A stretch of 64,000 bases of DNA from Schizochytrium sp. TIO01 (taxonomy: Eukaryota > Protista > Bigyra: Labyrinthulomycetes): the NCBI GenBank assembly GCA_004764695.1, contig SMSO01000034.1:3906001-3970000 (forward strand), written 5' to 3'. Both the position numbers and the translations under genes were made by a program. Below the pieces are notes generated by a model. The model did no database searches, was not told the DNA's origin, and was given only the letters and a program-made list of their open reading frames with translations. Shown here piece after piece: positions 11,501-20,709 of the stretch (the first letter of the stretch is position 1; every line of letters begins with the position of its first letter).

Positions 11501-14488
11501 ATGAATCGCTTTACAGGACAAACTCGCATGAATGTGCTTGTGAATCCTGTGACCAGCCCACTCTCAGCTCAAAATAAAGTAAACCCAGAAGGAGAAATGA
11601 GTGGTCGTCCACCGAGTGAGGATTCATGGCTTGACATTGATGAACTAGATAATGACAAACGACGCGCAAACAGTTTATATTACCAAGTTGCTGCATTTGT
11701 ACAAAATCGAAAATGGAAACTTGTGTTGTGCTGTGTTGGACTTATATGTATTGCTGCTGGAATTATTCTTTATTATCTTGACAATACTGGTTCACAGTAT
11801 TTTTATCGCGCTTTGTTTTTCGTTGCAGCAGCGCTGTTTGCCGGGATGCTAGCAGAAATCTCCATCATTGGTATGCAAGCATCGCTTGAGAAGCTCATGT
11901 CCAAAGCTTCAAAGGACAAGGATCTTGAATATAAGATCACCTGGGTCAACTTTTACTTTTCCACTGTCCGCATCACCCTCACTAAGCTTGTTTGGTGTAT
12001 GCTGGTAATCATTGCGTTTTCAATCGCAGTGCCTCGCTCGAGTGACAACTCAATCACCCCTTCATGGCAGTTAGCATATTACCATGTAAGTCGAATGCTT
12101 GGCATTCTCGCGTTACTTCTCGCTGCGAGAATGGTCTCTCGTATTTTAAGACAGTGGCTAGCGCAAGACTTTGGCGCAAGATCCTTTCGCCCACGTATCC
12201 GAGAATCCCTTGCGCATGAGCACTTCATTGCAAAGCTTCGTGGCAAGGAAGGTACAGCACTCTTGAAGACACTATACCAAACCACACGAAACCTCACGGT
12301 TGACGCGACAATCGATCCCGAAATGTGGCAGACCTTAATGCAGTATATTATATCCCATCATGTTGACGGCTCAGAACCCCCCTCTGGGAAACTCGCTTTG
12401 CGGAAACGATCCCAGTCAAGTAGTTTGGCCAAGAAGGCAAGGCCGATTGCCATCCAAATTTTCGCACGTATTCTTGCCCGGCTTGAAGATTTGAATCGAA
12501 AAAAAGAGTTGAAAGAAGTTGAAGAAATGGTCCCAAGTCCATCATTGGAAGATGTGAACAACGTGGCACCTGAGAGTGCTTTTACTGAAAATACTCAATT
12601 AAAGCCTACTATTGAGGAACAACCAGTACCCGCCATTACAGATGTGAATGCAAAGATTGAGCCACAAGACTCAATTCCGACAGCAGTCGAAGCTAACCAA
12701 GATTCTCTGAAAAGTAAATACGATGATGATGACGATGATGACGATGACGATGATGAGAACGAGAAGGATGACGATGATGATGACGATGATGACGATGATG
12801 AAATTGAAACAATTCCCGCTCTACCCAGCGCACGACCAAATAATATCGACATGCAAGCTCCACCCATGAACAGTGCTCGGTCTCATTTCAACGAAGCACC
12901 CCCGCTTGCAATTACAAGTGCTAGAGCAGTGGCTGAGGACGATCTAGAGTCGAGGTCATCACGACGGAACATTGTCGTACCTGACAGTAGCATGTACCCC
13001 GAGAGCACAAATATTCTTGCCGAGGCTAGTTCGACTGAAAATCCGCAAAACACGAACCTCGATGACGAACATTTGAAAGCCGAAAGGCCTAACAGCGTTA
13101 CTGAACAAACTCAAGAAGGAGACGAGGCTAAAGTAGAAGAGATTTCTGCAGAGACACTTCGGAACCAGGAGCAGCAGGCTCTAAAAGATGAGCAGCTGGA
13201 AAAAATATCTGCTGAACAGTCTATGAAGGTCCGGAATAGATGGCGTCGAGCTCAGTTTGCCAGTCGCCAGCAGCCCTCCAAAGATTTGAAAGGTGACACT
13301 ATTACCATGAGTGATGCTGATTTTGCAGAAGATACTCATCGGCTTTCTAAAATGATGAAGAAGCTAGCCAAGGAGACGCGCAAGCTTGAGCGAAGCTCCT
13401 CGCGAAGCGAAGTTACACCCCCAAGTCACAGTTCGACTCGTGTAAGCTCTCGCATGATTATGGAAGAGGAATTTGTTCAAGCTTTTAAGGAAATCGATCC
13501 ATCTGTTCCTTGGGATAAGCTATGGAAAAAATACATTGACATTGAAAACACAGGTTTCATTACATGGCAGCGCTTTCGAAAACGCATGTTAAGTATGTTC
13601 GAAGCCCGCTTTAATTTGGCGCTCACAGTTTTAGATGCCCAAGCTGTTATTAAGAGCATGGATGGTCTCATTATGTCAGGTCTTCTTGTAATTGTGGTGA
13701 TTATCTCCCTGACAATGTACTCAAGCGACTTTGTCTCTCTCTTAGCAAGCTTGGGTACAATTATTGTAGGTTACTCTTTTATTTTTGGTAGCTCGGTTCA
13801 GGAGTGTTTTGACAACGTCATCTTTATGTTTGGCATGCATCCTTACGACGTGGGTGATGTCTTGCTGATCGATGACCGTAGGTTTCGCGTCACGCGCATA
13901 AGATTGCTCACAACAGATTTTGTTCGCACCGATGGAAGTTTAATTCGAATGTCGAACAGACTCTTGAGAGACAAAGCATTCATCAATGTCTCAACCTCGG
14001 AAATCTATGCCCAAGACTTTAGCACTCTCATTCCTGCGTGTGATGCAACGGAAGAATTTATGCAAACTTTGCAGAGCGAGATCAACAAATTTGTAGCCCA
14101 ACACCTTGATATGTATACCTCGATCTCCTCATTTGCCTATGACCTTGTGCACCCGCTCGATCGATCGGGCGAACTTTCCGCTCGTGGAACACATCCCACG
14201 CATATCCGTGTTCGTTTTTGGGTTGTCTATGCGTTTACCTTTGAAGAAATTAAACGGGTCACAGCTGCCCGGACAACATTCCTAATATTTATTGCTGGTG
14301 CTCTGCGACGACTTGGTGTGGCAAAACCTTTGCTTGCAAGTGCACCTTCTCATGACACTGCTGGATCAGATCATTCTGAGCAATATCAGCAAATTGACCA
14401 TAGTAGCCCCTCGACCCTTGCGACGATCGAGGAAGTAAAGGAGCCCCCTGAGGACATCCGTGGCCCTATGAATAGCATTGATGAGTAA
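11501..14488 (+). CDS. MscS-like (MSL) mechanosensitive ion channel, paralog 2
   Basis: 995-aa ORF collinear with paralog 1 (AYYHVSR, AQDFGARSF, YIDIENTGFITWQRF, SLGTIIVGYSFIFGSS, FMFGMHPYDVGD, RIRLLTTDF). It has a longer acidic loop with poly-Asp tracts. Confidence 0.9.
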   Translation: MNRFTGQTRMNVLVNPVTSPLSAQNKVNPEGEMSGRPPSEDSWLDIDELDNDKRRANSLYYQVAAFVQNRKWKLVLCCVGLICIAAGIILYYLDNTGSQYFYRALFFVAAALFAGMLAEISIIGMQASLEKLMSKASKDKDLEYKITWVNFYFSTVRITLTKLVWCMLVIIAFSIAVPRSSDNSITPSWQLAYYHVSRMLGILALLLAARMVSRILRQWLAQDFGARSFRPRIRESLAHEHFIAKLRGKEGTALLKTLYQTTRNLTVDATIDPEMWQTLMQYIISHHVDGSEPPSGKLALRKRSQSSSLAKKARPIAIQIFARILARLEDLNRKKELKEVEEMVPSPSLEDVNNVAPESAFTENTQLKPTIEEQPVPAITDVNAKIEPQDSIPTAVEANQDSLKSKYDDDDDDDDDDDENEKDDDDDDDDDDDEIETIPALPSARPNNIDMQAPPMNSARSHFNEAPPLAITSARAVAEDDLESRSSRRNIVVPDSSMYPESTNILAEASSTENPQNTNLDDEHLKAERPNSVTEQTQEGDEAKVEEISAETLRNQEQQALKDEQLEKISAEQSMKVRNRWRRAQFASRQQPSKDLKGDTITMSDADFAEDTHRLSKMMKKLAKETRKLERSSSRSEVTPPSHSSTRVSSRMIMEEEFVQAFKEIDPSVPWDKLWKKYIDIENTGFITWQRFRKRMLSMFEARFNLALTVLDAQAVIKSMDGLIMSGLLVIVVIISLTMYSSDFVSLLASLGTIIVGYSFIFGSSVQECFDNVIFMFGMHPYDVGDVLLIDDRRFRVTRIRLLTTDFVRTDGSLIRMSNRLLRDKAFINVSTSEIYAQDFSTLIPACDATEEFMQTLQSEINKFVAQHLDMYTSISSFAYDLVHPLDRSGELSARGTHPTHIRVRFWVVYAFTFEEIKRVTAARTTFLIFIAGALRRLGVAKPLLASAPSHDTAGSDHSEQYQQIDHSSPSTLATIEEVKEPPEDIRGPMNSIDE

Positions 14489-16191
14489 AATAACATTGCA
14501 CAGAAATAAACCATGCTAACAACTAACTACCTAGGTACCTAGGTTTCTTTGTCTTTTATTAACTCTTGAATTTCGATTAAATCTTTCCATATAAGCATTC
14601 ATTCATGCTAATCCAACCAACTTCCTGCCACGATGCAACGAACCTCTTTACCGCTAACAACTGACGCTCTGTCACTACTCGAAAAAATTAACCTCCAAGA
14701 ACTCATTGCCACCTTCAAAGAAGCTTGTAGCTCAATAACAACCATTGCCTCCACCTTTGCTTGAAGTTTGTGTTTCGAACGTTTCTTGGATCTTTGAATA
14801 TATTTATATCAGTCTTATTCGCTAACTAAAGCCATTGTATTCTTGACAAACGCGATTCGTAGGATATTAAAATACGAGGGTTCTGGAAACATGGTTTCCC
14901 AGAGCAGTTTGGCCTGAAAAGTCGTGACTACTGTGACCATCATGGCTATCATCTTCTTTCCTCAAGCCTCATCCAGCCGAAATTTGCTCGCTCACTCGCT
15001 CGTGTGGTCACTTCCTACTGGATCATAAGTTCTTTAATGCCCCCTTTCTTTCATATAATTGAGAACTCCTTCGCACACTTAGGTGTATGTTAGAACTTTC
15101 ACAGCTTTTTCACCAAGCAATAACTTTCTTAATACCCCTTGTAGCACGTACTGACCTCGACAATAATCATTAAATATTGATCTGTAGGGGGTATATAATA
15201 CCTTATATGGTGTGCGCTACTTCCCTCGCGCTCTTCCATCCCACGCGTGCCTTTTTGCAACTCCTATGTACCTCATATATTTAACTTTAGAACTACTCAA
15301 ATTATGAGGCCGCTCGCTCGTGCCCTCTTTTTCCTTTAGTTGGATCATTGCAAGTCAAAATGAGCAGTCTCTTTCGCCAAGCAAAGTAGTGCAGGAGCAC
15401 AAATTAGTTTTATGCACAGCTGGTCTTCACGTCGCGGTAAACCTGGAACTCTTAGGTGATTGAGAAGAAAGCGTTGACCGTGGTCGCTGCTTGAAGGCCT
15501 CACTTTGTCTCACGGCTGCTAGAGAGAACCAGCTCTACTCTTGTGCCTGCTGATCGTCTGCTCATTGTGCCCACGCGCCAAGTTCACGCCACTTGCAAAA
15601 CTTGCACAGGGCAACTGATAAGCAACAGCTAGTTTACCATTGTAGACAGGAAATAGTCAGACTTCTACGAGTACCGCTAGGTACCTGCTTAATGCTGGCA
15701 CGAGTTTGTAGGAGTAGAATAATCGAAATTCGAGAGTGAAGTGATTGCTCTTGTGGTTATCTAATTCACGCTTTGAACCAAGTTGAACCTCCCTAGACTC
15801 ATACTGAGCCAGGATAGCCTCTTGCGAGAGAGGGATTATTGACCTCAGCGGACCCATACACTAGTACGCCCTCGTACCTAGAACCCGCTCGTGATCGCTT
15901 ATTAGGTGTACATATTGAGTGATTAACTTGTCTGTGAGTCAGGGCTTATTATTCGTGTTGAGCAGTGCTGGACTTCTCTTGTACATTCAATCACAGTCAA
16001 CGTGGTAGCTGGCTTCACTTTTACTCAAACTGGTGTATATATAAAGAAAGCATCAGTGGCTTTACGACCTATATAACGAAGTTCAACTTCATTCTCAGCG
16101 TGACAAAGGAATTTTATATAAAGACTCGAAAAAGGATAGCAGCTTCATCAAAGTCGAATTCTACGGAGAATCTGCAGCTACAGGAAAAGCA

Positions 16192-16782
16192 ATGAGTGTT
16201 CGAATTTCGCCAGAGGAGCTTGGAGAGCTTGTGCAATATGTGCCGTTCATCTTGCAGTGGCTCCGGCGAGAAGACTCTGAAGCCGGTGATTTATTTTGTG
16301 GTGCAGCCCTTGATGCCGACGAAGACGAAATCAATGACCTTCTCAAAAGCCTGTATGATGCCCATATGGATCAGGGGTCGCTGGGATCGGACGAACTCAC
16401 CGAACTGCTCAGCGCCGTAGAAGCTGCACCGTGGGCTCGTGCCGTTCACATCATCTTCACCCTTGCAGAACCTCGACTCATTGAAGAGGACCAAGTTGAG
16501 GAGCTGCTTGCTGCACTTGGCGATGGAGGCCTCACTGCAGAGGAGGCTGAGTCTGGCGCTGGTCCTGTTGTACAGTCTATGGAAGAAAACGCCCGTGAGG
16601 CGTTCTATGAACTCTGTGTCACCATGCATGACACTTGCTTAGATTCAGAGATGACAGCATTTGCCCTTGCATCTTCCCTACTCTTTCGCGAACCCCCTTC
16701 TGATGAGACTCGCTATCGCGCCCGGGTTGCCCTCAGTGTATTGGTAGACCATGTCAACGAGGTTTTTGCCGAAGGACACTGA
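16192..16782 (+). CDS. RhoGAP-like domain protein (probably catalytically dead); likely the N-terminal part of a gene continuing in 16751-17974
   Basis: Segments follow the RhoGAP fold order: VPFILQWLRRE, GDLFCGA (where GxFRxxG carries the arginine finger; here Cys), WARAVHIIFTLAEPRLI (cf. ASLLKxFxRxLPEPLI), MEENAREAFYELC, MTAFALASSLL, and a terminal VLVDHVNEVF (cf. LIxHxxxIF). Confidence 0.6.
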   Translation: MSVRISPEELGELVQYVPFILQWLRREDSEAGDLFCGAALDADEDEINDLLKSLYDAHMDQGSLGSDELTELLSAVEAAPWARAVHIIFTLAEPRLIEEDQVEELLAALGDGGLTAEEAESGAGPVVQSMEENAREAFYELCVTMHDTCLDSEMTAFALASSLLFREPPSDETRYRARVALSVLVDHVNEVFAEGH

Positions 16783-17974
16783 GGTGGCACCAGCACCGGT
16801 TATGCGTGCACCACGTGCGATGCAAAACACAATGACCACTTCAGATATTCGCATTAAACGTGAGCAGCTCAGCGCATTCTATGAATGGCGCGACCCGCTG
16901 TGTATGGAAAACGTAAAAGACCTGTTCCGCAACTTTGAGTTTATTGATATTGCTCATGGCCTGAACAACAAATACGGTGCTGTTCCTGAGGAGTGGGGTG
17001 ACGAACTTCAAGCACTTGCTGATGCTGATACGCCTGGGACGGAATGGTTTGACATCACAAAGGCGACTCCTCGTCCCCCAGACCTTTCCTTGCTACCCGA
17101 CATCAACCGTACCCGGCCTCTGTCCCGTGGAGGAAAGTATTTTCCCACAAAGGTTGACCAGGTGATTGATGAAATCATCGTTACAGAGGCTCATTACCAT
17201 GACATGATGCACGACCTACTTGATTTGTATGTCTCCGAGATCTCAGACATTGCTGAGGGTCGACATGGTCCTGATGCCCAGGAAGAGCTTGGCTTGTCTG
17301 CAGAGGTCATTCGTAGCTGCTTCGGCTCGCGGATCGAGAATGTGCTAGAAGCAAGCAGCACTTTGCTGGCTCGCCTTGATCTGATTGGTCTTGTGCCTCT
17401 ACCCCCGTTTGATCCTGTTGGCCGTCCTGGTATATGCGCTAGGATTTTTGGAGATCATGCTCAAGATTTGCGCGTGTATGCACCATACATTAGTTCTCAT
17501 ATGACAGCAATGAACGATATTAAAGAGGCCGTGGCTCGAGTGGAGCATGAAGATCGCCTTCACGCGTCTAGTTCAGCACGCAAACTTATCAAAAGTGGTC
17601 GTCGCAAGGATAAGCGTAACTCCTTCGTCAAAATTTGGTTTGAGAAGTCGCAAATCTCGAACCGTCTACGCGGCCAGACTCTAGAAAGTGCTCTCATGGG
17701 TCCTGTGCAGCGAGTCCCTCGTTACCGCTTGCTTCTGGAGACCTTGCTAAAGGAGGTCCCAAAGATTGATCCAAATCACCCCTCCCTTCCATTAATTGAG
17801 GATGCATTGGAGAAGATCAAAATCGCTGCTGTGCAAATTAATACTGCTGTCAAACAGCATATGAAGCTACAGTCTATGTTTGGCAAAGATCATATGATTA
17901 GTCCCAATTCTTCTATTGCTCGGAAGGATGGTGAAGGCAACTTTCTCGCTATTGTGAATTCATATGTCGGCTGA
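16751..17974 (+). CDS. RhoGEF (Dbl-homology) domain protein, no PH domain
   Basis: DH conserved region 1 (DQVIDEIIVTEAHYHDMMHDLLDLYV), LRVYAPYIS, and conserved region 3 (LESALMGPVQRVPRYRLLLETLLK...HP...ALEKIK..AVQIN). It overlaps the upstream ORF by 32 nt in the +1 frame. Confidence 0.85.
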   Translation: MSTRFLPKDTEVAPAPVMRAPRAMQNTMTTSDIRIKREQLSAFYEWRDPLCMENVKDLFRNFEFIDIAHGLNNKYGAVPEEWGDELQALADADTPGTEWFDITKATPRPPDLSLLPDINRTRPLSRGGKYFPTKVDQVIDEIIVTEAHYHDMMHDLLDLYVSEISDIAEGRHGPDAQEELGLSAEVIRSCFGSRIENVLEASSTLLARLDLIGLVPLPPFDPVGRPGICARIFGDHAQDLRVYAPYISSHMTAMNDIKEAVARVEHEDRLHASSSARKLIKSGRRKDKRNSFVKIWFEKSQISNRLRGQTLESALMGPVQRVPRYRLLLETLLKEVPKIDPNHPSLPLIEDALEKIKIAAVQINTAVKQHMKLQSMFGKDHMISPNSSIARKDGEGNFLAIVNSYVG

Positions 17975-18667
17975 GACTTGCTTGCTCAAGATTTGATCTT
18001 AGATTATTCTACACTTAATGTACAGGTGTTATTAGAGGTCGCACATTCGAATTAAATATTAAATAGAAATAAACCTGTATTAAATCCGGTCATTCTTTTA
18101 TTTATATATATTTAATGTGATGTTAATAGAATACCAACCTATGACAACACACTATTTTGACAAATCCAGTACGGTCTCAGCATGACAATAGGAAGATTGT
18201 AATGTCTTTCGCTAGCCTAATGCTAGTCTTTTGACTTTCATAAGGGGAATGCTATCGTGTGGCTAAATCTTGCATAGGTAGTCCACTATTTCTACGGGCA
18301 ATTTCGAGCTTCTATAATTACTACGATGCATGCATCAATGTTCACCAACATCATCAAACGGACTATTCGATGCTAAATATAACTCTTTTCCTCTTTCATT
18401 ATATTTTTCAGATCTTGCCGTATACTTAAAAATTGTAAAGGATTGGACGACTTGCTAAACATAGAAATTGTCATCCTTTGACGCATAAATCCATTCCAGT
18501 AGTGGCACAAAGGTCCTTAGCAACTCACTAGTCAGAGGTAATGAGCCAATCGTTGTTTAGCTTGGGTAAACCCAAGTCAAAAAACAATCACTCATCATTT
18601 CTCAAGTGCTACTTACAAAAATAACTTAAAGATAAAAATTCAGGTCAATTAAAAAAACTGTTATCTG

Positions 18668-18673
18668 AAAAAA
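18668..18673 (-). terminator. RNA polymerase III oligo-T terminator of the tRNA gene
   Basis: T6 on the minus strand 5 nt downstream of the discriminator base. Confidence 0.75.
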
Positions 18674-18678
18674 GTATG

Positions 18679-18773
18679 AGCGCATGGAGGGACTCGAACC
18701 CCCTTCATCAGCTATCATGCCTACCGAATCAGGTAGATGGAAGGCTAAGATAATACCCATATACGACATGCGC
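18679..18773 (-). tRNA. tRNA-Gly(TCC) with a 24-nt intron (18714-18737)
   Basis: Reverse complement folds as GCGCATG TC GTATATGGGTATTAT C TTAGC CT TCC A [TCTACCTGATTCGGTAGGCATGAT] A GCTGA TGAA GGGGG TTCGAGT CCCTC CATGCGC T. The 7-bp acceptor stem is perfect, the B-box is GGTTCGAGTCC, the intron is at the canonical 37/38 position, and the mature length is 71 nt. Confidence 0.93.
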
Positions 18774-18828
18774 GTCGCATTTGTTCAACTGACATTGGGG
18801 GAGAATAAAACGCTTATAAACTTAAGAA

Positions 18829-20709
18829 ATGAGGTCTTGTTTACACATCGATGGAATACCGTACCCATGTTCTATGTTTAGAAACCAAAGCGACACGTCG
18901 CGGAGCATGTCTCAAGCGGATGGAGACTCGCAAGAAGACGTCAGGCTTGTTCCAAATGGGGAGGAGAAGCCGAGGACGCCTTTAGGCTCCGTTGGTATCA
19001 GCTCGCGCTCCTCAAGCCCGCGAGCTTTGACACCCTCAGGTGGATCTACTTTGGCGTCGCAGAGCAATCATGTGGATAGAAGCCCAAGGCGATCCCAGCT
19101 AATAGACGATGGCCACGGCAGTCCGCATGCAATGTCCCAGCAGCGTGCACAGCAACAGCTGAATGGCTCAGCTGGTTTATGGTCTTTTAGAGTATTTGCA
19201 ATTGGTTTGCTAGTGGTGTCCGGTATCGCTCTTTTCGGAATGTCCTCGAGCATGTCCATGGACAAAACAGTTGATGAGAATGAAGTGGATGCTATTAGGG
19301 GCATACCTTCTTCTTCATGGACGGCGTTGGGAGGCTCACTATCTGCTCACTCTAAAAACGAGGTCCCAACGCTTCACGACAGCGTCAAAAAGGATGAATT
19401 CGACAACACAAACATTAAAAAAGCCGACAATGAAGTTGATGAAAAGGAGAGCTCTAATGACGGTAATGGAGATCGGGGTGGGCATAGTGGTCCAATTGGC
19501 AATAGCGAACTACACCACGATGAGAAAAAGAATAATGATAATTATTATTCCAGTGATGAAAATACACGCGCCAGGAAATCAGGAAAAGAGCACCATGTGG
19601 ATCATGACAAGTCGAACTCCGAAATTGGCGATCTCGCAGAACATGGGAGTGCACAAATTGACGCTAAAGATGCACCAGGTGTGTCAAGAATCAGATATGG
19701 GCCTAAAAAAATTACCAAGTGCAAAGCGGGACTACGACATGGGTTCTCGGTACGTGAGGACCCATGTTTAAAGACAGGTTTTTCCAAGAAATGTGGTTGT
19801 GGAAGCAAATTCACTTACCAGATTCCTGAAGCTCCAGATTCAAGCAAAGCACTGACAGCCAAAGACTTTCGTGAAAATGTTGTATATTCCTATGTACATG
19901 TGAATAAGGCTGGAGGTCAAACAATGAAATCAATACTCATGGACGCCATTGAGATTGGGGAGTGGTCTGCAGCTGGCATAGGCACTTTCCCTGGTTGGCA
20001 GGCCGTATTTAAGCCAGATGATGAAGATAGGAAATCAGCTCCCGTTTATGTTTGCGGCGGGCTTCACAGCCGTGAGGTGCTGCCCGACCCAACACAAATC
20101 GGTGAATGCCCAACTCGCGCAGTTTGGGGCAGCCTTTCGATGGGACTATGCGAACTGTTTCCTGATCGGCCATGCATATACTTCACAACTGTCCGGGATC
20201 CAATAAAACGGGCAATTAGCGAATACAACTATTTTTGTGTTCTAGGTGAAGAGGGTCGGAAAAAATGGCTGCCAGAATGGAAACGTGATGGTGAGTGTCC
20301 CGTAAATATCTATGAGTACTTTATGATGGGACGCACACCTGCAAATTTTCTAAAGCTCCGTTTGACTAGAGGTTGTGATGAAAAATGTGGCATTGACGTT
20401 GCTAAGGCAAATCTTGCACATCCGTGCCTCCGTTATATCGTTCTGGAAGATTTCAAGAATGATATAAAACGGTTTGCTGACCAAGTGCCTGGTGCTCTTT
20501 CGAAAGCGCTCCAAAAGGCTTACGACGAAGAAACTCACATGAACAAAAGCGAGCTACATCCTCGAGTTGACGAGCAGATTCAAGACAAAGAGCTTATGGC
20601 AAAGCTCGCCTCATTGTTTGAGGATGACATAGTGATCTACAACTATGCACTCTCGATCCGCAATAAAAAATGGAGTACCCCAATACAAGCATGCCCTGCA
20701 CCACCTTGA
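18829..20709 (+). CDS. Type II membrane (Golgi-type) carbohydrate sulfotransferase family protein
   Basis: One TM segment (FRVFAIGLLVVSGIALFGM), a low-complexity stem, the PAPS 5'-PSB motif YVHVNKAGGQT and the 3'-PB motif TTVRDPIKRAISEYNY, plus a C-terminal DIVIYNYA helix. The true start may be ATG 18907 (MSQADGDS). Confidence 0.8.
   Translation: MRSCLHIDGIPYPCSMFRNQSDTSRSMSQADGDSQEDVRLVPNGEEKPRTPLGSVGISSRSSSPRALTPSGGSTLASQSNHVDRSPRRSQLIDDGHGSPHAMSQQRAQQQLNGSAGLWSFRVFAIGLLVVSGIALFGMSSSMSMDKTVDENEVDAIRGIPSSSWTALGGSLSAHSKNEVPTLHDSVKKDEFDNTNIKKADNEVDEKESSNDGNGDRGGHSGPIGNSELHHDEKKNNDNYYSSDENTRARKSGKEHHVDHDKSNSEIGDLAEHGSAQIDAKDAPGVSRIRYGPKKITKCKAGLRHGFSVREDPCLKTGFSKKCGCGSKFTYQIPEAPDSSKALTAKDFRENVVYSYVHVNKAGGQTMKSILMDAIEIGEWSAAGIGTFPGWQAVFKPDDEDRKSAPVYVCGGLHSREVLPDPTQIGECPTRAVWGSLSMGLCELFPDRPCIYFTTVRDPIKRAISEYNYFCVLGEEGRKKWLPEWKRDGECPVNIYEYFMMGRTPANFLKLRLTRGCDEKCGIDVAKANLAHPCLRYIVLEDFKNDIKRFADQVPGALSKALQKAYDEETHMNKSELHPRVDEQIQDKELMAKLASLFEDDIVIYNYALSIRNKKWSTPIQACPAPP

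Noticed and set aside
14633-14764. 43-codon ORF with SAM-domain-like LLEKINLQELIATFKEA
   Set aside because: Too short and the similarity too weak to support a call.
16744-16774. GT-AG introns of 31 nt (16744-16774) or 13 nt (16762-16774) that would restore the RhoGAP-RhoGEF frame
   Set aside because: They are very short, lack a pyrimidine tract or branch point, and would remove the conserved final RhoGAP helix. Not fully excluded without RNA-seq.
16780-16782. TGA read-through or selenocysteine at the end of the RhoGAP-like ORF
   Set aside because: Read-through stays in the wrong frame and meets TAA about 25 codons later; no SECIS was recognised.
18684-18881. 65-aa ORF MEGLEPPSS
   Set aside because: It is the antisense reading of the tRNA-Gly gene.
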